Source: Candidatus Bathyarchaeota archaeon (GTDB taxonomy: Archaea > Thermoproteota > Bathyarchaeia > Bathyarchaeales > Bathycorpusculaceae). From it: a stretch of 64,000 nucleotides of DNA. The DNA is taken from the NCBI GenBank assembly GCA_963833575.1, contig CAWHXY010000004.1, positions 64,001 to 128,000 on the forward strand, in the 5' to 3' direction. This document shows, one piece after another, positions 33,582 to 44,520 of this stretch (positions within the stretch are counted from its first letter, which is position 1; the number at the start of each line of letters is the position of its first letter). Made by a program: the position numbers and the translations under genes. Under the pieces are notes generated by a model that had not been told where the DNA came from, did not search any database, and saw nothing but the letters and a program-made list of their open reading frames with translations.

Positions 33582-34192
33582 CTATAAGCCCGGTATGTTT
33601 GAGTCTACCAAGTTTATGTCCATACTGTAGGACTGCCCATCAACTGATGTAGGAGAAGTCATGACCATTTTTATGGGCCATTGAATGTTGTTATCTACAT
33701 AGTAAGCAGCGCTGATTCCCTGGCCATTGTATTCGTAGACAGTGCAACTTCTTGTTCCAAGGTTTGGCAAGGTTACTTGAGTGTTGTAAGTGTTATTCAG
33801 GGTTAAATCATCTGGAGGTTGGAAAGTCATATTTTCTCGGCTTACCCAAGTCGTCGTAGTGTTGTCTGTTGCCCCAAAGGGTGTTGACATGTTAAAACTA
33901 GTTAATACCTGAATGTGAGTTTCGTTGAAGTCAACGATCTCCAATTTTGCGTTAAAGGAAACTGTCATTGACAGGACGTGGCTTGACCTTCGTATGTAGC
34001 GTAGGCACCTTTTTTGATCCAGGATTGCGAAGTGTTTTGATTGCCTGACGGGTTTTGGTTAGTCATCAATAGGCCACTGGTTAAAGTTGCTGCTAGACCA
34101 ATGATTAAGACAGCAACTATGATTGCCCATAATTTCTTTTTGCTATGAGTAGCAATTTTTGCGTTTTGTTGGTTATTTTCCAATGGCATCAC
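33582..34192 (-). pseudogene. Membrane-anchored secreted protein split by a 1-nt frameshift
   Basis: Adding one base near 33976 joins ...YEGQAT to xLSMTVSFN... Confidence 0.7.
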
Positions 34193-34418
34193 TGTTTTTT
34201 GTATTAAATATTGATAAACAATATATTTCTTTTGGAGGGGTGATCAATTCAACGAATTGTACAGCACATCAGGGCACACGAAAAGTCTTTCAAAGTTTTA
34301 CTCCATGAAAGGGACGAGATCTTTCAGGAAATAAAGCTAATCATCAGAACCTGTAGAATAAATAAAATATAGACGATTTACAACTACAGCGACGATTTCG
34401 CGAAAGACGTTGTTCGAC

Positions 34419-34688
34419 TTATTCTTCTTCAAGGCTAGATATCTCTTGCATGGGGGCCTCGAAATATTTCAGCACACTTGAGCCTCGTTGAGTAACGGCG
34501 AAAACCACATATCGCTTTTTAACTGTTTGTTCTTCTACCAGGTCTTGCTTGATAAGAAAGCCTAAGGACTTTTTGAGTATGTTGCCGTTGAAGTTAGATT
34601 TTTGTATAATGTGTGACAGCTTCAGTGGACCAGTTTGCTCCAACGCTTTGAGGATGTCAATATATATTTCTAGTTTTGAACGTCTCAT
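34419..34688 (-). CDS. Winged-helix transcription regulator
   Basis: MRRSKLEIYIDIL...L-FLIKQDLV...VTQRG; likely ATG at 34688. Confidence 0.85.
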   Translation of the reverse strand: MRRSKLEIYIDILKALEQTGPLKLSHIIQKSNFNGNILKKSLGFLIKQDLVEEQTVKKRYVVFAVTQRGSSVLKYFEAPMQEISSLEEE

Positions 34689-34971
34689 CTGCTTCGTCTC
34701 AATCTTCACCAGTTTCACAGGTGGTCTTTCCATTGAAAAACAGAACGTTTTTTTTATAAGCTTTTCCCATTCCCCGTTGTTTGATCCCAATTAATTGTCA
34801 AATTCTGTATTTTAAATTAAAAATGAATCTGGGCTGTATACACATGGAAATAGTTTCAGGTACTTCTTTTCACGAATTGTTTGTGATTGTATCGCACCTA
34901 TCACTACTTCTTATATGCGATGCTTAACAATATAGAATTTAGTTGCTCTTAAAAGTCAGGAGTGAGTTGCC

Positions 34972-35250
34972 GTGACAAAAAGAAGCATTCAGGAAATAAA
35001 TTTCCCCTCTGACCAAGAGCGCAAGAGCGAAGTAGTTGCTCATAAAAAACACATGCCTATTATCAGATGTGAATGCGGCTACGAAATTTTAGTGCTACCT
35101 GATTTGAAAGCCATGAATTTTGCCATAAATAAACATGTAGCTGATCATAGAAAAGCAAATGATGGCTCAGAAAAATTGACGGAGTTCTTGACAGAACAAG
35201 TTATGATTTTGGCAAGCAAAATGAATCAGCCAAGTGTAAATCAGTCGTAA
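34972..35250 (+). CDS. Small C2H2-like Zn-binding protein
   Basis: CECG...HVADH; GGAG RBS. Confidence 0.7.
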   Translation: MTKRSIQEINFPSDQERKSEVVAHKKHMPIIRCECGYEILVLPDLKAMNFAINKHVADHRKANDGSEKLTEFLTEQVMILASKMNQPSVNQS

Positions 35251-35341
35251 ACAATCTACAAGACTTCTCAAAATTTTACCGCTTGGAAGAAACGAGGGCA
35301 TTTATTAGGAAATGAGCTGTAGCATTTAAGTAACGAAATAG

Positions 35342-38300
35342 TTAGGTTGAGATTTCGAATGGCGCCATGACTGGGTAATTGTCTGTATTGTTTGCATATA
35401 CTAAGTACGAGGTGTCGCCGATGCCATCGTGATTTGTGTCTGTTCCATTGTAGTCGCTCCAATAGTTGCCTTTTGCACCATTATCCCATGAGTTTTCTCC
35501 CATTATCATTTGACTGGAATTTTGAGGTGAAGGTTCGCCTATAGCGGTAACTGAACTTTTGTTGTTGATGAAGTTGTTGAAGTAGAAAGTGTTCCCACTA
35601 ATAATGCTTGAACTCTCTGAACCACCGCTGTTGAAGCCTATAGAGATGCCTTTGGAGTTTGATTCTATTGTGTTTCCTATTATCATGTTGCCGGTTGATG
35701 GAAGTGTAACCAAAGATGTAGGCCACACAATATCTGTATTGGAAGTTGGGTCAGGGGACAGTGTCCAAACTGCTTGATCCAAACTCATGCCCTCGTCGTT
35801 GCCTACCACATTGTTTTGGCTTAGGGCATTGTAGGATGAGGATAGAAGCCGAATTCCTGTGCCGTTACTCTGCAGGGTATTGCCCGTTACAGTGCAGTTA
35901 TTTGTGTAGGCAAGTAGCACACCACCAGAGTTGCTATTAAGGGTGAGGTTTTGAACGGTTATGTTAGTGCAGTTAACGAGTATAACGTCGGCGGTGTTTG
36001 AAGGCACAGTTTTGTCACTTTGTCCAACCCAGTATATTATGGGTTTACCATTTACGGTGTTTGAGGCATCAACATCGTTCGTATAGTATTGAGGCTTGCT
36101 TTGAATTTGACTGTCGATAATGACATTTCCATTCATTGTTCCATAATAAACGCTTTCATCATCGAAGCCATAATTATTACCAACTAGTTTGTTGTCTCTT
36201 AATGTGTTACCAGTTGACGAGGAGGACAACTGAATTCCTAATTCAGTGTTGTTTGACAAAGTATTGCCAATTAAGGAGTTATTTTGACTCTCAGAAATCG
36301 TTATGCCTCCTTGACCAAAGCTAACTGTGTTCTCAATTATGCTGCAGTTGCTTGCATAATTCAAGGAAATGCCCATCGTGCTGTTAGTCACTGTGTTTCC
36401 GGTCAAAGTATCGTTCTGGGTACCGCTGAAACCTGTGCCCAATTCAACGCCATATTTGCTCCCGGCAATTGTGTTGTCGGCTATGTCAGTGTTGTTTACA
36501 GAGTTAACTAAGATACCCCATGTATTATCTGTCAAGGTGTTTTGGGTTATGACGTGTGAACTGGAAAGCGGGTACATGGAGTAACCACCATCTGTACCTG
36601 GCGGGAAAAATGAAAAGTCTTGAACGAAAGGAGAGTTAAAAAAGACATCGTTAAAGTCAATTTCGATGCCGCATGTGCTGTTTGTGATGTAGTTTTGAGC
36701 TACGGAAATTCCGTTGCTTTGTCCGTGGATTTGGATGCTTTGGTTATTTCCTGTTAGACTGTTTTGAATTATTGTGTCGCCTGAGGAATTAGTGAACTCG
36801 ACGGCAACATTGTTACCGTTTATGTTGTTTCCAATCAAAGTGTTATTGTTGCAGTTTAACGTGAATTGCATGCCGTGATCGATGTTTGTGTTAACGGTGT
36901 TTTCAGAGATTGTGTTGAAACTGGAGGAGGTAAAGTAGCCGCCGTACTGGTTGTTTGACAGAACGTTATTTGCGATGTTGTTGTCTTTGCAGTCAGACAA
37001 AGTGATGCCCTGAGTACAGTTGACAACGGTGTTTTCACGGATGCTGTTGCCACTTGAGGAGTTTTCCAGCTCGATACCGCAATAGTTACTGTTAATTTGG
37101 TTATTGCTTACCGTTGAGTTTGTGCTTGATGATAGGACTATGCTTTGCCAGTTGTTCGCCAATTCTAGGTTTTGAACCGCTATAGCTGAGCAGTTGACTA
37201 ACGCCACATATCCTGCGTTTGAAGGCACCGCTTTGTTGTTCTGACCTATCCAGTAATAGATGGGTTTGCCATTTAGGGTATTGGAAGCACCAACGTAATT
37301 CAAAAGTCCCCCTTGAACCCAGAAATTGTATGTGTTGCCAGTTAAGCTGTTGTTTCTTAGGATGTTGCCTTCCGAGTTCATAAGTCGAAGGCCTTCGATG
37401 CTGTTTGCTACTTTGTTACCAATTAGAGTTGAGTTTTGAGTGTTTACAAGTAATATGCCGTTCCCATTATTGCTGAGGTTCAAGTTTTGTACGGTTATGC
37501 CTGTGCACTTCACTATTGCGAGATAGCCTATGTTGGGGTATGTAGATGGGTTAATGTTCAGGTTGGTATCGCCTATCAAGTAGGTCACTTTTTTGCCGTT
37601 AACTGTGTTTGACATATCAACATTGTTGATGAAGTGTGCGGACTCGTTGCCGTCGATACCCAAGTTGTAAATGTTGCCGTTCATGGCGTTATTTCTAAGT
37701 ATGTTGTTGCCAGAGCAGTTGAGATATATGCCATAATAATTGGCGGAGACCGTGTTATCAACTATGCTACAATTGCCCACGTTATCCAAGTAAATTCCTG
37801 CAGACGAGTTTTCCCCGCTATTCCTTATCGTGAAACTTGAAATAGTTACATTACTGCTGGTTATTTTGACGCCTGTTCCACTGGTGCATCCGTCAATTAT
37901 TGTTGTTGCTCTATTCTGACCAATGATTGATAGAGTTTTATTCACTACTAAATTTTCATGGTAAACTCCCGGCTTGACAGAGATAACATCGCCATCAGAA
38001 GTTGCACCCGAGTTTATGGCATCTTGGATAGTTGGATACCCAAATGTTGTGTCCAGGTTCCTAACCGGGAAAGTGGCGGATGCATTGCCGCTTGTCCATT
38101 GAATTACTTTGGAATAGGTACTTTTTACGGCATTGTTGAATGAGGGATCATTGTAAACAATGTCTAGTTTCGAACCGTACTTGCCTAAGTATCCGTTAAC
38201 ATCAGACCACAAAATCTGAGACCATGTATCCCCGCTGAATATTCCCCAAACATTATCTTGTAAGTTGCGGAAACCAAAGCCGTAGGCTTGAGGAAGAACC

Positions 38301-39322
38301 AAAGCTACATCAGCTTTGAGGCTTCCGTGTTTTCCAGGATTATTCTGCGTGTAGTTCCAGAAGTTTTTGAGGGCATCAAAATGTTCGTCAGTCAATATGC
38401 CATATTCATATGGTTGGTATTGCTCTTTTGGATATGAATTGGTATCGGCGTAGTCAAATACTACTGCATATTTTGCGCCTGAATTGTAACTAAAAACCAG
38501 ATCATCATAAAGTTTTGTCCCCGATTCCATAAGTGAAGCTGGCGAATGCGTAACAATGACACCCCAATCTTTCTTCTGAGCGGTAGCAGCTCCTCGGCAA
38601 AGCGACACTTGCAGCTGTTGACTATTGTTCAATCCTAGTTCAGCAAGAACCGCATCGTACCCTGCTTTGTAGTCAAACCAGTATAGACCGTAATCTGCAG
38701 TGTAGGTCATTATGCTCGAGTTCAAGTAGGGTAGAATCCGTTCGTTGACTCCATTAACGTAAGCAGTTGAAGTGCTCAAGTAAGTTTGCTCAATGTCTTG
38801 TTCCAAGTTTACTGTTCTTTGTCCGCCGCCGTCAAGCTGGATTCCGCCCGGCTCATCCAAAACGTATGCGCCTAAGAAGCGGTCACCATATTTTGCCATT
38901 GAACTGTTGAGCCAAGCCATAGGCAAATTTGACAGATAATATCCGTCGTTTACAATCGTGCCATTTGCAAGAGTATACGAATTTGAAATGTTTTCTCCTA
39001 GATCTTGGTAAGAGTGGATAGGTGAGAAATACACTGAGAAATATAATCCCGCATTGTAGGCATAGTCGGATACTTCGCTAAGTAGAGATGAATTATCTAT
39101 TATGTCAGTTGAGCTGATGATGAAGAGGTTCGTGTAATTCTTGACTTTATCAATTACTGCTTCGCATAACGTAACGTTATTGTAGCCACATTCAACCCCC
39201 ACATAAAACGGTGAAGATGAATCGTTTATCTTAGGTAGGAAAAAAGTTTCTTTTGCGAAGAAAAGAGATGGAACTAGAATTGCGAAAAGTACAACAGTTA
39301 TTAGGATATTTCGGCGCCTCAA
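35342..39322 (-). CDS. Large secreted protein: unknown N-terminal domain plus right-handed beta-helix (NosD/CASH) repeats
   Basis: Signal anchor, TIQDAIN...PGVYHENL, many N-I--N-----GI repeats, GNYWSDYNGTD-NHDGIGD. Confidence 0.9.
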   Translation of the reverse strand: MRRRNILITVVLFAILVPSLFFAKETFFLPKINDSSSPFYVGVECGYNNVTLCEAVIDKVKNYTNLFIISSTDIIDNSSLLSEVSDYAYNAGLYFSVYFSPIHSYQDLGENISNSYTLANGTIVNDGYYLSNLPMAWLNSSMAKYGDRFLGAYVLDEPGGIQLDGGGQRTVNLEQDIEQTYLSTSTAYVNGVNERILPYLNSSIMTYTADYGLYWFDYKAGYDAVLAELGLNNSQQLQVSLCRGAATAQKKDWGVIVTHSPASLMESGTKLYDDLVFSYNSGAKYAVVFDYADTNSYPKEQYQPYEYGILTDEHFDALKNFWNYTQNNPGKHGSLKADVALVLPQAYGFGFRNLQDNVWGIFSGDTWSQILWSDVNGYLGKYGSKLDIVYNDPSFNNAVKSTYSKVIQWTSGNASATFPVRNLDTTFGYPTIQDAINSGATSDGDVISVKPGVYHENLVVNKTLSIIGQNRATTIIDGCTSGTGVKITSSNVTISSFTIRNSGENSSAGIYLDNVGNCSIVDNTVSANYYGIYLNCSGNNILRNNAMNGNIYNLGIDGNESAHFINNVDMSNTVNGKKVTYLIGDTNLNINPSTYPNIGYLAIVKCTGITVQNLNLSNNGNGILLVNTQNSTLIGNKVANSIEGLRLMNSEGNILRNNSLTGNTYNFWVQGGLLNYVGASNTLNGKPIYYWIGQNNKAVPSNAGYVALVNCSAIAVQNLELANNWQSIVLSSSTNSTVSNNQINSNYCGIELENSSSGNSIRENTVVNCTQGITLSDCKDNNIANNVLSNNQYGGYFTSSSFNTISENTVNTNIDHGMQFTLNCNNNTLIGNNINGNNVAVEFTNSSGDTIIQNSLTGNNQSIQIHGQSNGISVAQNYITNSTCGIEIDFNDVFFNSPFVQDFSFFPPGTDGGYSMYPLSSSHVITQNTLTDNTWGILVNSVNNTDIADNTIAGSKYGVELGTGFSGTQNDTLTGNTVTNSTMGISLNYASNCSIIENTVSFGQGGITISESQNNSLIGNTLSNNTELGIQLSSSSTGNTLRDNKLVGNNYGFDDESVYYGTMNGNVIIDSQIQSKPQYYTNDVDASNTVNGKPIIYWVGQSDKTVPSNTADVILVNCTNITVQNLTLNSNSGGVLLAYTNNCTVTGNTLQSNGTGIRLLSSSYNALSQNNVVGNDEGMSLDQAVWTLSPDPTSNTDIVWPTSLVTLPSTGNMIIGNTIESNSKGISIGFNSGGSESSSIISGNTFYFNNFINNKSSVTAIGEPSPQNSSQMIMGENSWDNGAKGNYWSDYNGTDTNHDGIGDTSYLVYANNTDNYPVMAPFEIST

Positions 39323-40119
39323 AATCGCCTATCCTCTGAAGATCTAAATTCCATTTTCACGTGATCACTGAGCAATCAGATAAACCTTGATTTCTTAATA
39401 AAAGTAACCAATATAGTCTAGTGTCAAGTAGGGATTGAGAAATGTCATTGCCAAATCTTTTTGAACGATCAGCGGGCTGTAAATATGTCCTATGATTGAA
39501 AAGGAACTGTAAGCATGAACTCAATGAGCCAAGAAACCCACGATTCGAAAGATGAATCAGCTTCAGCTATGTTAATGTAACTTTCATTCTTAACACCAAA
39601 AAAATCTTACGCAACTCCAACACTAAACAAAATCCAGAAGGTATCAGATAGACAAACAACTTGCTTAACTGTAAAGAAATACGCTATTGAACAAATGCCT
39701 AACGCCACAAAAAAAGCAACAATCACTACTTAAATTGCAAAGTTGGCTTTCAACCTTTTTAAGTACATTTTTAACCCAAATTGAGGGTTATTTTTCTTTA
39801 ACATAGCTTTGTTGTAACTAGTATTCTTTCCTGGTCATCTTTCTTGAATGCAGCTAGCATTTAGATGTTAGTTAAACTTGAGAAAATTAATTGTGTATAG
39901 CCTGAAACGATTTGGCTCCTTACGGGATTTGAACACACAATCCAGTATGTTAGTTTGAAAATGACGAGACGAGCTCACGAAAAAAAATATTTTTAAAGAG
40001 CATTATGGGTTTGCTGAGGCTCTAGTAAGCTTATATGAAAAAATAATGGATCTCGAGTTATTTATTTTCAAAAATGGGTTAATCCGTGTCTGTTCTTTAG
40101 TCTGACTTGACAAGCAGCT

Positions 40120-40434
40120 TTACTCTTTGAGTCCGCTTAATTTCTTGTTGAGTTCATCATATATTAGACGTTTTTTTTCTTCACTCAGATGAAGAATAAC
40201 TTTTGAAGCCATTTCAATTGAGATGGTAAAGATATAGTTTAGTTTTATTACACTGTCTTTTAATGCGCCTTCACTCTTGGATAGCGGTATTCCTTTCATT
40301 CTAAGATTGCTGGTTATACCGGCTATGACAACGTTTCCTAATTCTTCGAAAAGGACTACCGCGGGTCTAGTCTTCACTTCAGCGACGTCTGTGAACTGCA
40401 CATTTGCCAGTATGACGTCTCCAGGCTTAAGCAT
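40120..40434 (-). CDS. mazF: PemK/MazF family toxin
   Basis: GDVIL---FTD----KTRPAVV...GITS. Confidence 0.88.
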   Translation of the reverse strand: MLKPGDVILANVQFTDVAEVKTRPAVVLFEELGNVVIAGITSNLRMKGIPLSKSEGALKDSVIKLNYIFTISIEMASKVILHLSEEKKRLIYDELNKKLSGLKE

Positions 40435-40654
40435 GTTCCCACGCCTCATCTTCCTCGTTATCCCATAATTCCTTCATTTTCGCTTGTTGAATTGTATGAA
40501 TGAACTCGTCATATTGACTTCTCTTTTTAGATTCCTTGGCGATTTTTATTAAGTTAGAAATAGTTTCATTGTATGTTTCTCTTGGGTATTTTCTAATGCT
40601 TTTCAGTTCCTTAACTAATGATTTCTTAAGCTGTATTGTAGTAGCTTCTTTCAT
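40427..40654 (-). CDS. Putative antitoxin
   Basis: TTIQL...ETYNETI N-terminus and acidic WDNEEDEAW tail; 8-nt overlap with the toxin gene. Confidence 0.8.
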   Translation of the reverse strand: MKEATTIQLKKSLVKELKSIRKYPRETYNETISNLIKIAKESKKRSQYDEFIHTIQQAKMKELWDNEEDEAWEHA

Positions 40655-40984
40655 TATGTATCTTCTATAATTAATATATAATTCATTATAATATCTTCTG
40701 GTTATGCTTTACATACTTTTCTTAAGATAACATCAACTGTTTTACAGAAATTTTAGCTTTCCAACGCATCAATAAGTTTTTTTGGTAAAATAGGGTTTGC
40801 TGAAACTCTTCTCTATTTAGAAGAAGAAAAAAACAACTTGGAACGTTAGAGAAATTATTTTGACTTATCACTGAAATGGTTCGAGTCTCTATATGGGAGG
40901 CGAACACTTTTGAGTTCAAGCCACATTATGGGTCCTGGAATCTTTCACAAGCCTTGAGCGCCTTTGTTATAGGTGAACTCGAAA

Positions 40985-41012
40985 GGATTCGTTTAATGTA
41001 TTAAGCGAATCC
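40985..41012 (-). terminator. Hairpin directly downstream of tRNA-Arg
   Basis: ggattcgtttaa-tgta-ttaagcgaatcc inverted repeat. Confidence 0.45.
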
Positions 41013-41014
41013 GA

Positions 41015-41092
41015 TGGCGGGCCCGATGGGATTTGAACCCATGACTTTCAGCTTAGAAGGCTGACGCGCTATCCGTACTGCGCCACGGGCCC
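41015..41092 (-). tRNA. tRNA-Arg(TCT), CCA encoded
   Basis: gggcccgtggcgcagtacggatagcgcgtcagcctTCTaagctgaaagtcatgggttcaaatcccatcgggcccgcca. Confidence 0.95.
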
Positions 41093-41182
41093 ACAACGGG
41101 CACTTTAATGAAACACTAATAAATATAATTTTACCTATCGCTTAACCTAAAAGAAGAATTTTGCGATGCAATTTTAATGGTG

Positions 41183-41998
41183 CTAGACTTTTTGTCCGCA
41201 TCGAGCGCAGTATAGTGCGTCTGGTTGGTTTGGTGCTCCACAGTTGCCGCAATATTTTATTTGTCCCGAAGTAGGCGTCACATTTTGTGTTGTTACTGCG
41301 GGGACTGGAGTTGCTGGTGCTTGTATTCTAAAATATGACATAGCTAAAAGTAACCAAGCTGCATCCTGCACTAAGCCTCCGACAACGAGAAGAGCTAACA
41401 AAGTGTTAAATGATATTGAAACGTAAAATGCAACTATCGCAAAAATTATTGCGATCACTACGTTGAGTAAGGCACCGGATAGCAACACTTTTGCGCCTGT
41501 TTTAAACAATGGCACTTTGGATTTATCGCCCAGCAAATTAAGCGAAAGGACATTGAATGCGATCCAAACTATTCCAACTATGCTGAAAACCGGCAAAGCT
41601 TCACTTACGATCTTAGACATTGAAGAAGTTATTTGGGTTGATGAGGCAGCTGAGGAGCCAGCGTTAGGGAATAAGTTGGTTAGATTGAGCAGAACAATTG
41701 CAACAAGAATAAGTCCTGCCGCAAAAGCTGCGACGATTGTGAATATGAGTCCGTTTAAGATATTGCTGAATATTTTAGGTTCTTTGTAGTCTTTTGAAAA
41801 ACCATACATCGCTATTAAAAATAGTATTAGGCCTACGAAAGTTAAAAGGCTAAAGAGGCCGCCTACGCCTGATAATATGGCGATTCCGATTGATTTTGGA
41901 AATGTTATTTGAAATAGAGAAGTAATCTGGCTGACAATACCGATTAAGAATAAGCAGGCGCTGATTCCGCCCAATGTCCTGTTGGATTCAATAGTCAT
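41183..41998 (-). CDS. DUF996 membrane protein with C-terminal zinc ribbon
   Basis: ESNRTLGG...GLILFLIAMYGFS--Y-E--IF; CGNCG...CARCG; GGAGG before ATG at 41998. Confidence 0.85.
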   Translation of the reverse strand: MTIESNRTLGGISACLFLIGIVSQITSLFQITFPKSIGIAILSGVGGLFSLLTFVGLILFLIAMYGFSKDYKEPKIFSNILNGLIFTIVAAFAAGLILVAIVLLNLTNLFPNAGSSAASSTQITSSMSKIVSEALPVFSIVGIVWIAFNVLSLNLLGDKSKVPLFKTGAKVLLSGALLNVVIAIIFAIVAFYVSISFNTLLALLVVGGLVQDAAWLLLAMSYFRIQAPATPVPAVTTQNVTPTSGQIKYCGNCGAPNQPDALYCARCGQKV

Positions 41999-42260
41999 AC
42001 CTCCACACTCCCTCAATGTTATTAGGTAGCGATTAAGGGATAAATTTTATGCTAAAAAAGTTAAGTCGCGCCGATTGCCTTACCTTATTGTTTCTGAGTA
42101 ATTCCTACGGCCCAAACCTTTGCACTTTTTCAAATTCAATCCGACAATAAACCAAACCCCACACCAAAAAAAAACTCAAAATCAACTGAACAAAATTCAT
42201 CTGCTCATCTACACAACTAAGAATTGTTACTCCAAAATCGATTCTTTTGCAATGTTTGCG

Positions 42261-42330
42261 TTGAACGCCATTAAACTAGATCAAACTAGATCAAAATAGA
42301 TTAAAAAAGATTAAACTATATTAATAAACA
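42261..42330. repeat. Tandem array of 10-bp units (TYAAACTAGA-like)
   Basis: ttgaacgcca ttaaactaga tcaaactaga tcaaaataga ttaaaaaaga ttaaactata ttaataaaca. Confidence 0.85.
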
Positions 42331-42332
42331 CT

Positions 42333-42377
42333 CAACCTACAAACGATTCAACCCCTAAAACAAAAAACCAGTCCAAA
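42333..42377. repeat. Dispersed 45-bp intergenic repeat, copy 2
   Basis: caacctacaaacgattcaacccctaaaacaaaaaaccagtccaaa. Confidence 0.9.
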
Positions 42378-42414
42378 ACACAAAGAAAAAAAAATTTCAC
42401 CAAATTGCAAATAT

Positions 42415-43416
42415 TTATTTCGTTACCTTGCCCACTCTCATATTATCCGCATAATCTTGCTCGGGAATGGCAATAACTATGGATTTGTTAAGAGATTCCC
42501 TGCCAAAGTTAACTTTAACTTTGCTTGATTTTGCGTCAGAGTAAAAAGCAGTTAGTTTTGCCGCTGTTTCTATAGCGCTTTTAGTTTTAGGTCCCTGCAA
42601 AATTGTTACTGGACCAACAACATCGGGCAATTCAAAATAATATTCGTTTTTTGTTTTTCGGGCGACTAAAAGCTTGTTTTCCGCTTCCTCTCTTCCGACA
42701 ACAAACTTGTTTTTGCCCATTCTAAAATGTCGCCCAATTCTTAGCAAAGCAATATCTGCCATAGAAACATGTTTTTTGTGAGCAAAGAGGTCTCTGATTT
42801 TTTTTGCGTATTCTTCATAGGTTAAGAGGCATCCGCCTGCTGGACATGGAAAATCTTTAATGTTGTATTCGTCTGCAAGCTTAAACTGAGGCTTGCGTGA
42901 CCGCCCCTCAATATCCATTAGTTTAGAACGATCAACTAGACCTTTCTTTTCAATTGCCGTTTCAGGCAGCAACTTAGCGGACAGCGGCCTTAAAATCTTA
43001 CCCTTCAACCCGGCTTCCTTTTCAATCAACATCATTGCAGGATAATGCTGGGACATAGGTCGCTCGTCGAGAACTTCTCCTGTAAAAATGAAGTCCGCAC
43101 CTGCTTCCTTGGCGTACTTCTTGGCTCTTTTGAACAAGAAAATTCTGCAGTCAATACATGGATTCATGTTTCTGCCATACCCATGTTTGGGTTTGCGAAG
43201 CATTCGCAAATAATCGTTGCCAGCAGCAACCATTTTCAAGGGCACGTTTAACTGTTTAGCCGCGTCAACTGCGGCGCACCCATCTTTTTTGCAAAGGCAA
43301 AATGGACTTCTAACGTTAAAGGCAGTTACTTCAATGCCTTGCTTTAAAATCATTTCTGTAGCAAGTATACTGTCTAACCCGCCAGAAAGCAAACCAATAG
43401 CCTTAACACGTGTCAT
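42415..43416 (-). CDS. PP-loop tRNA thiolation enzyme (ThiI/MnmA-like family)
   Basis: LSGGLDS, NPCIDCR, TGEVL--RPMSQ, PAGGCLLT, GRHFR. Confidence 0.85.
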   Translation of the reverse strand: MTRVKAIGLLSGGLDSILATEMILKQGIEVTAFNVRSPFCLCKKDGCAAVDAAKQLNVPLKMVAAGNDYLRMLRKPKHGYGRNMNPCIDCRIFLFKRAKKYAKEAGADFIFTGEVLDERPMSQHYPAMMLIEKEAGLKGKILRPLSAKLLPETAIEKKGLVDRSKLMDIEGRSRKPQFKLADEYNIKDFPCPAGGCLLTYEEYAKKIRDLFAHKKHVSMADIALLRIGRHFRMGKNKFVVGREEAENKLLVARKTKNEYYFELPDVVGPVTILQGPKTKSAIETAAKLTAFYSDAKSSKVKVNFGRESLNKSIVIAIPEQDYADNMRVGKVTK

Positions 43417-43751
43417 AACGCCAATAGCAATCTTTTGGGATAAATAATAATTTTTTGGGATAGTTATCTGCTATTCCATATAATGATTAAAGCAAGCATC
43501 ACAAATATCCTTAAAACCGTGCTTCTGGCGAAACTAGGCGAACAGCTTTTCTAAAAACCTTCCTTCAGCAAGGAGTTTGTTTACTTTTAGTTTAGACTAT
43601 TACACGTGTAATTTTCTAAGAACCAGCTTACGATTAAGAGGAGATGTCACCCGCGTTCCCTTTTTTTCTTTTTGTTTATCATCGGCAAGCAGTACTCCAC
43701 ATGCCTTGTCACCGGACCTCGTCAAGAGCTGTAAGGAGTCGCTAAAGGAAT

Positions 43752-44520
43752 CTACAGCGCGTCTATGGAGATGAATATTGAGTACATAAGATGCTCGATT
43801 ATTTGCTTGTACTTGGAAACAAGCACTGTTTCTTTTTTAATTGAATGTGCCGCTTCATTTCTTAATTTATAAGCCAACAACATATTTCTCATTTCAGGAT
43901 TAACATTTGCCGGCGTTCCCCGAGGATTGTTAAGCGTCATAGTCATTGCCACTGGAGAAAGTATTAGACCCTGAACGAATCCAGCTATGTCAGAAGGAAG
44001 AACAGGGTTAACAGTCCCGATTAGTTGTTTTATGTTTTGTTTCTGAGTTAGGGTGAGAGCAGGTATCCAGCCCTTATCTTCAAAAAGGAGAAGCACTCCT
44101 TCGCTTATGTACATTTTACTGCTGCCAGAATATGCCTTGAGTCTCCGTTTGTACTTGTGTTCAAGAATTTTGTCCACTACCAGACACAGATTAAAAATGT
44201 TGTGAAGGTTCTTAATCTTGTAGAAATCGTTATTGGGCAACGTTGGCAACTGTTCCGTATACTTTTTGATTAGCTCCAATGTGAAAACAAATATGTAAGC
44301 CACACTTTCTAGGTCTCCACCATGCTGCAAAAATTTTGAATCTATGTCTGCAATGGAAAAATCAGGGTTTATCAGTTTTTGATATCCTTTAATGTATCCC
44401 TCAAGAAGACTCCGCAATTGGTGCACGGTTTCATACAAATAATTCCCATTGTTGTCAACTAAGGTAACGTACATATATGCAGGTGATTGTTTGAACCTGT
44501 TTTTTCCAAAAATAGGAGCA
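43752..44520 (-). pseudogene. 5'-truncated gene with a HEPN-like RxxxxH motif
   Basis: LRNEAAH near the C-terminus; the frame stays open upstream of 44474 to about 44520 with no start signal. Confidence 0.55.

Noticed and set aside
33965-33967. Selenocysteine readthrough at TGA
   Set aside because: The continuation is in a different frame; a 1-nt frameshift explains it
35342-38090. Diversity-generating or phase-variable repeats in the beta-helix gene
   Set aside because: The repeats are diverged protein-level beta-helix units; no reverse transcriptase or template/variable repeat pair is seen
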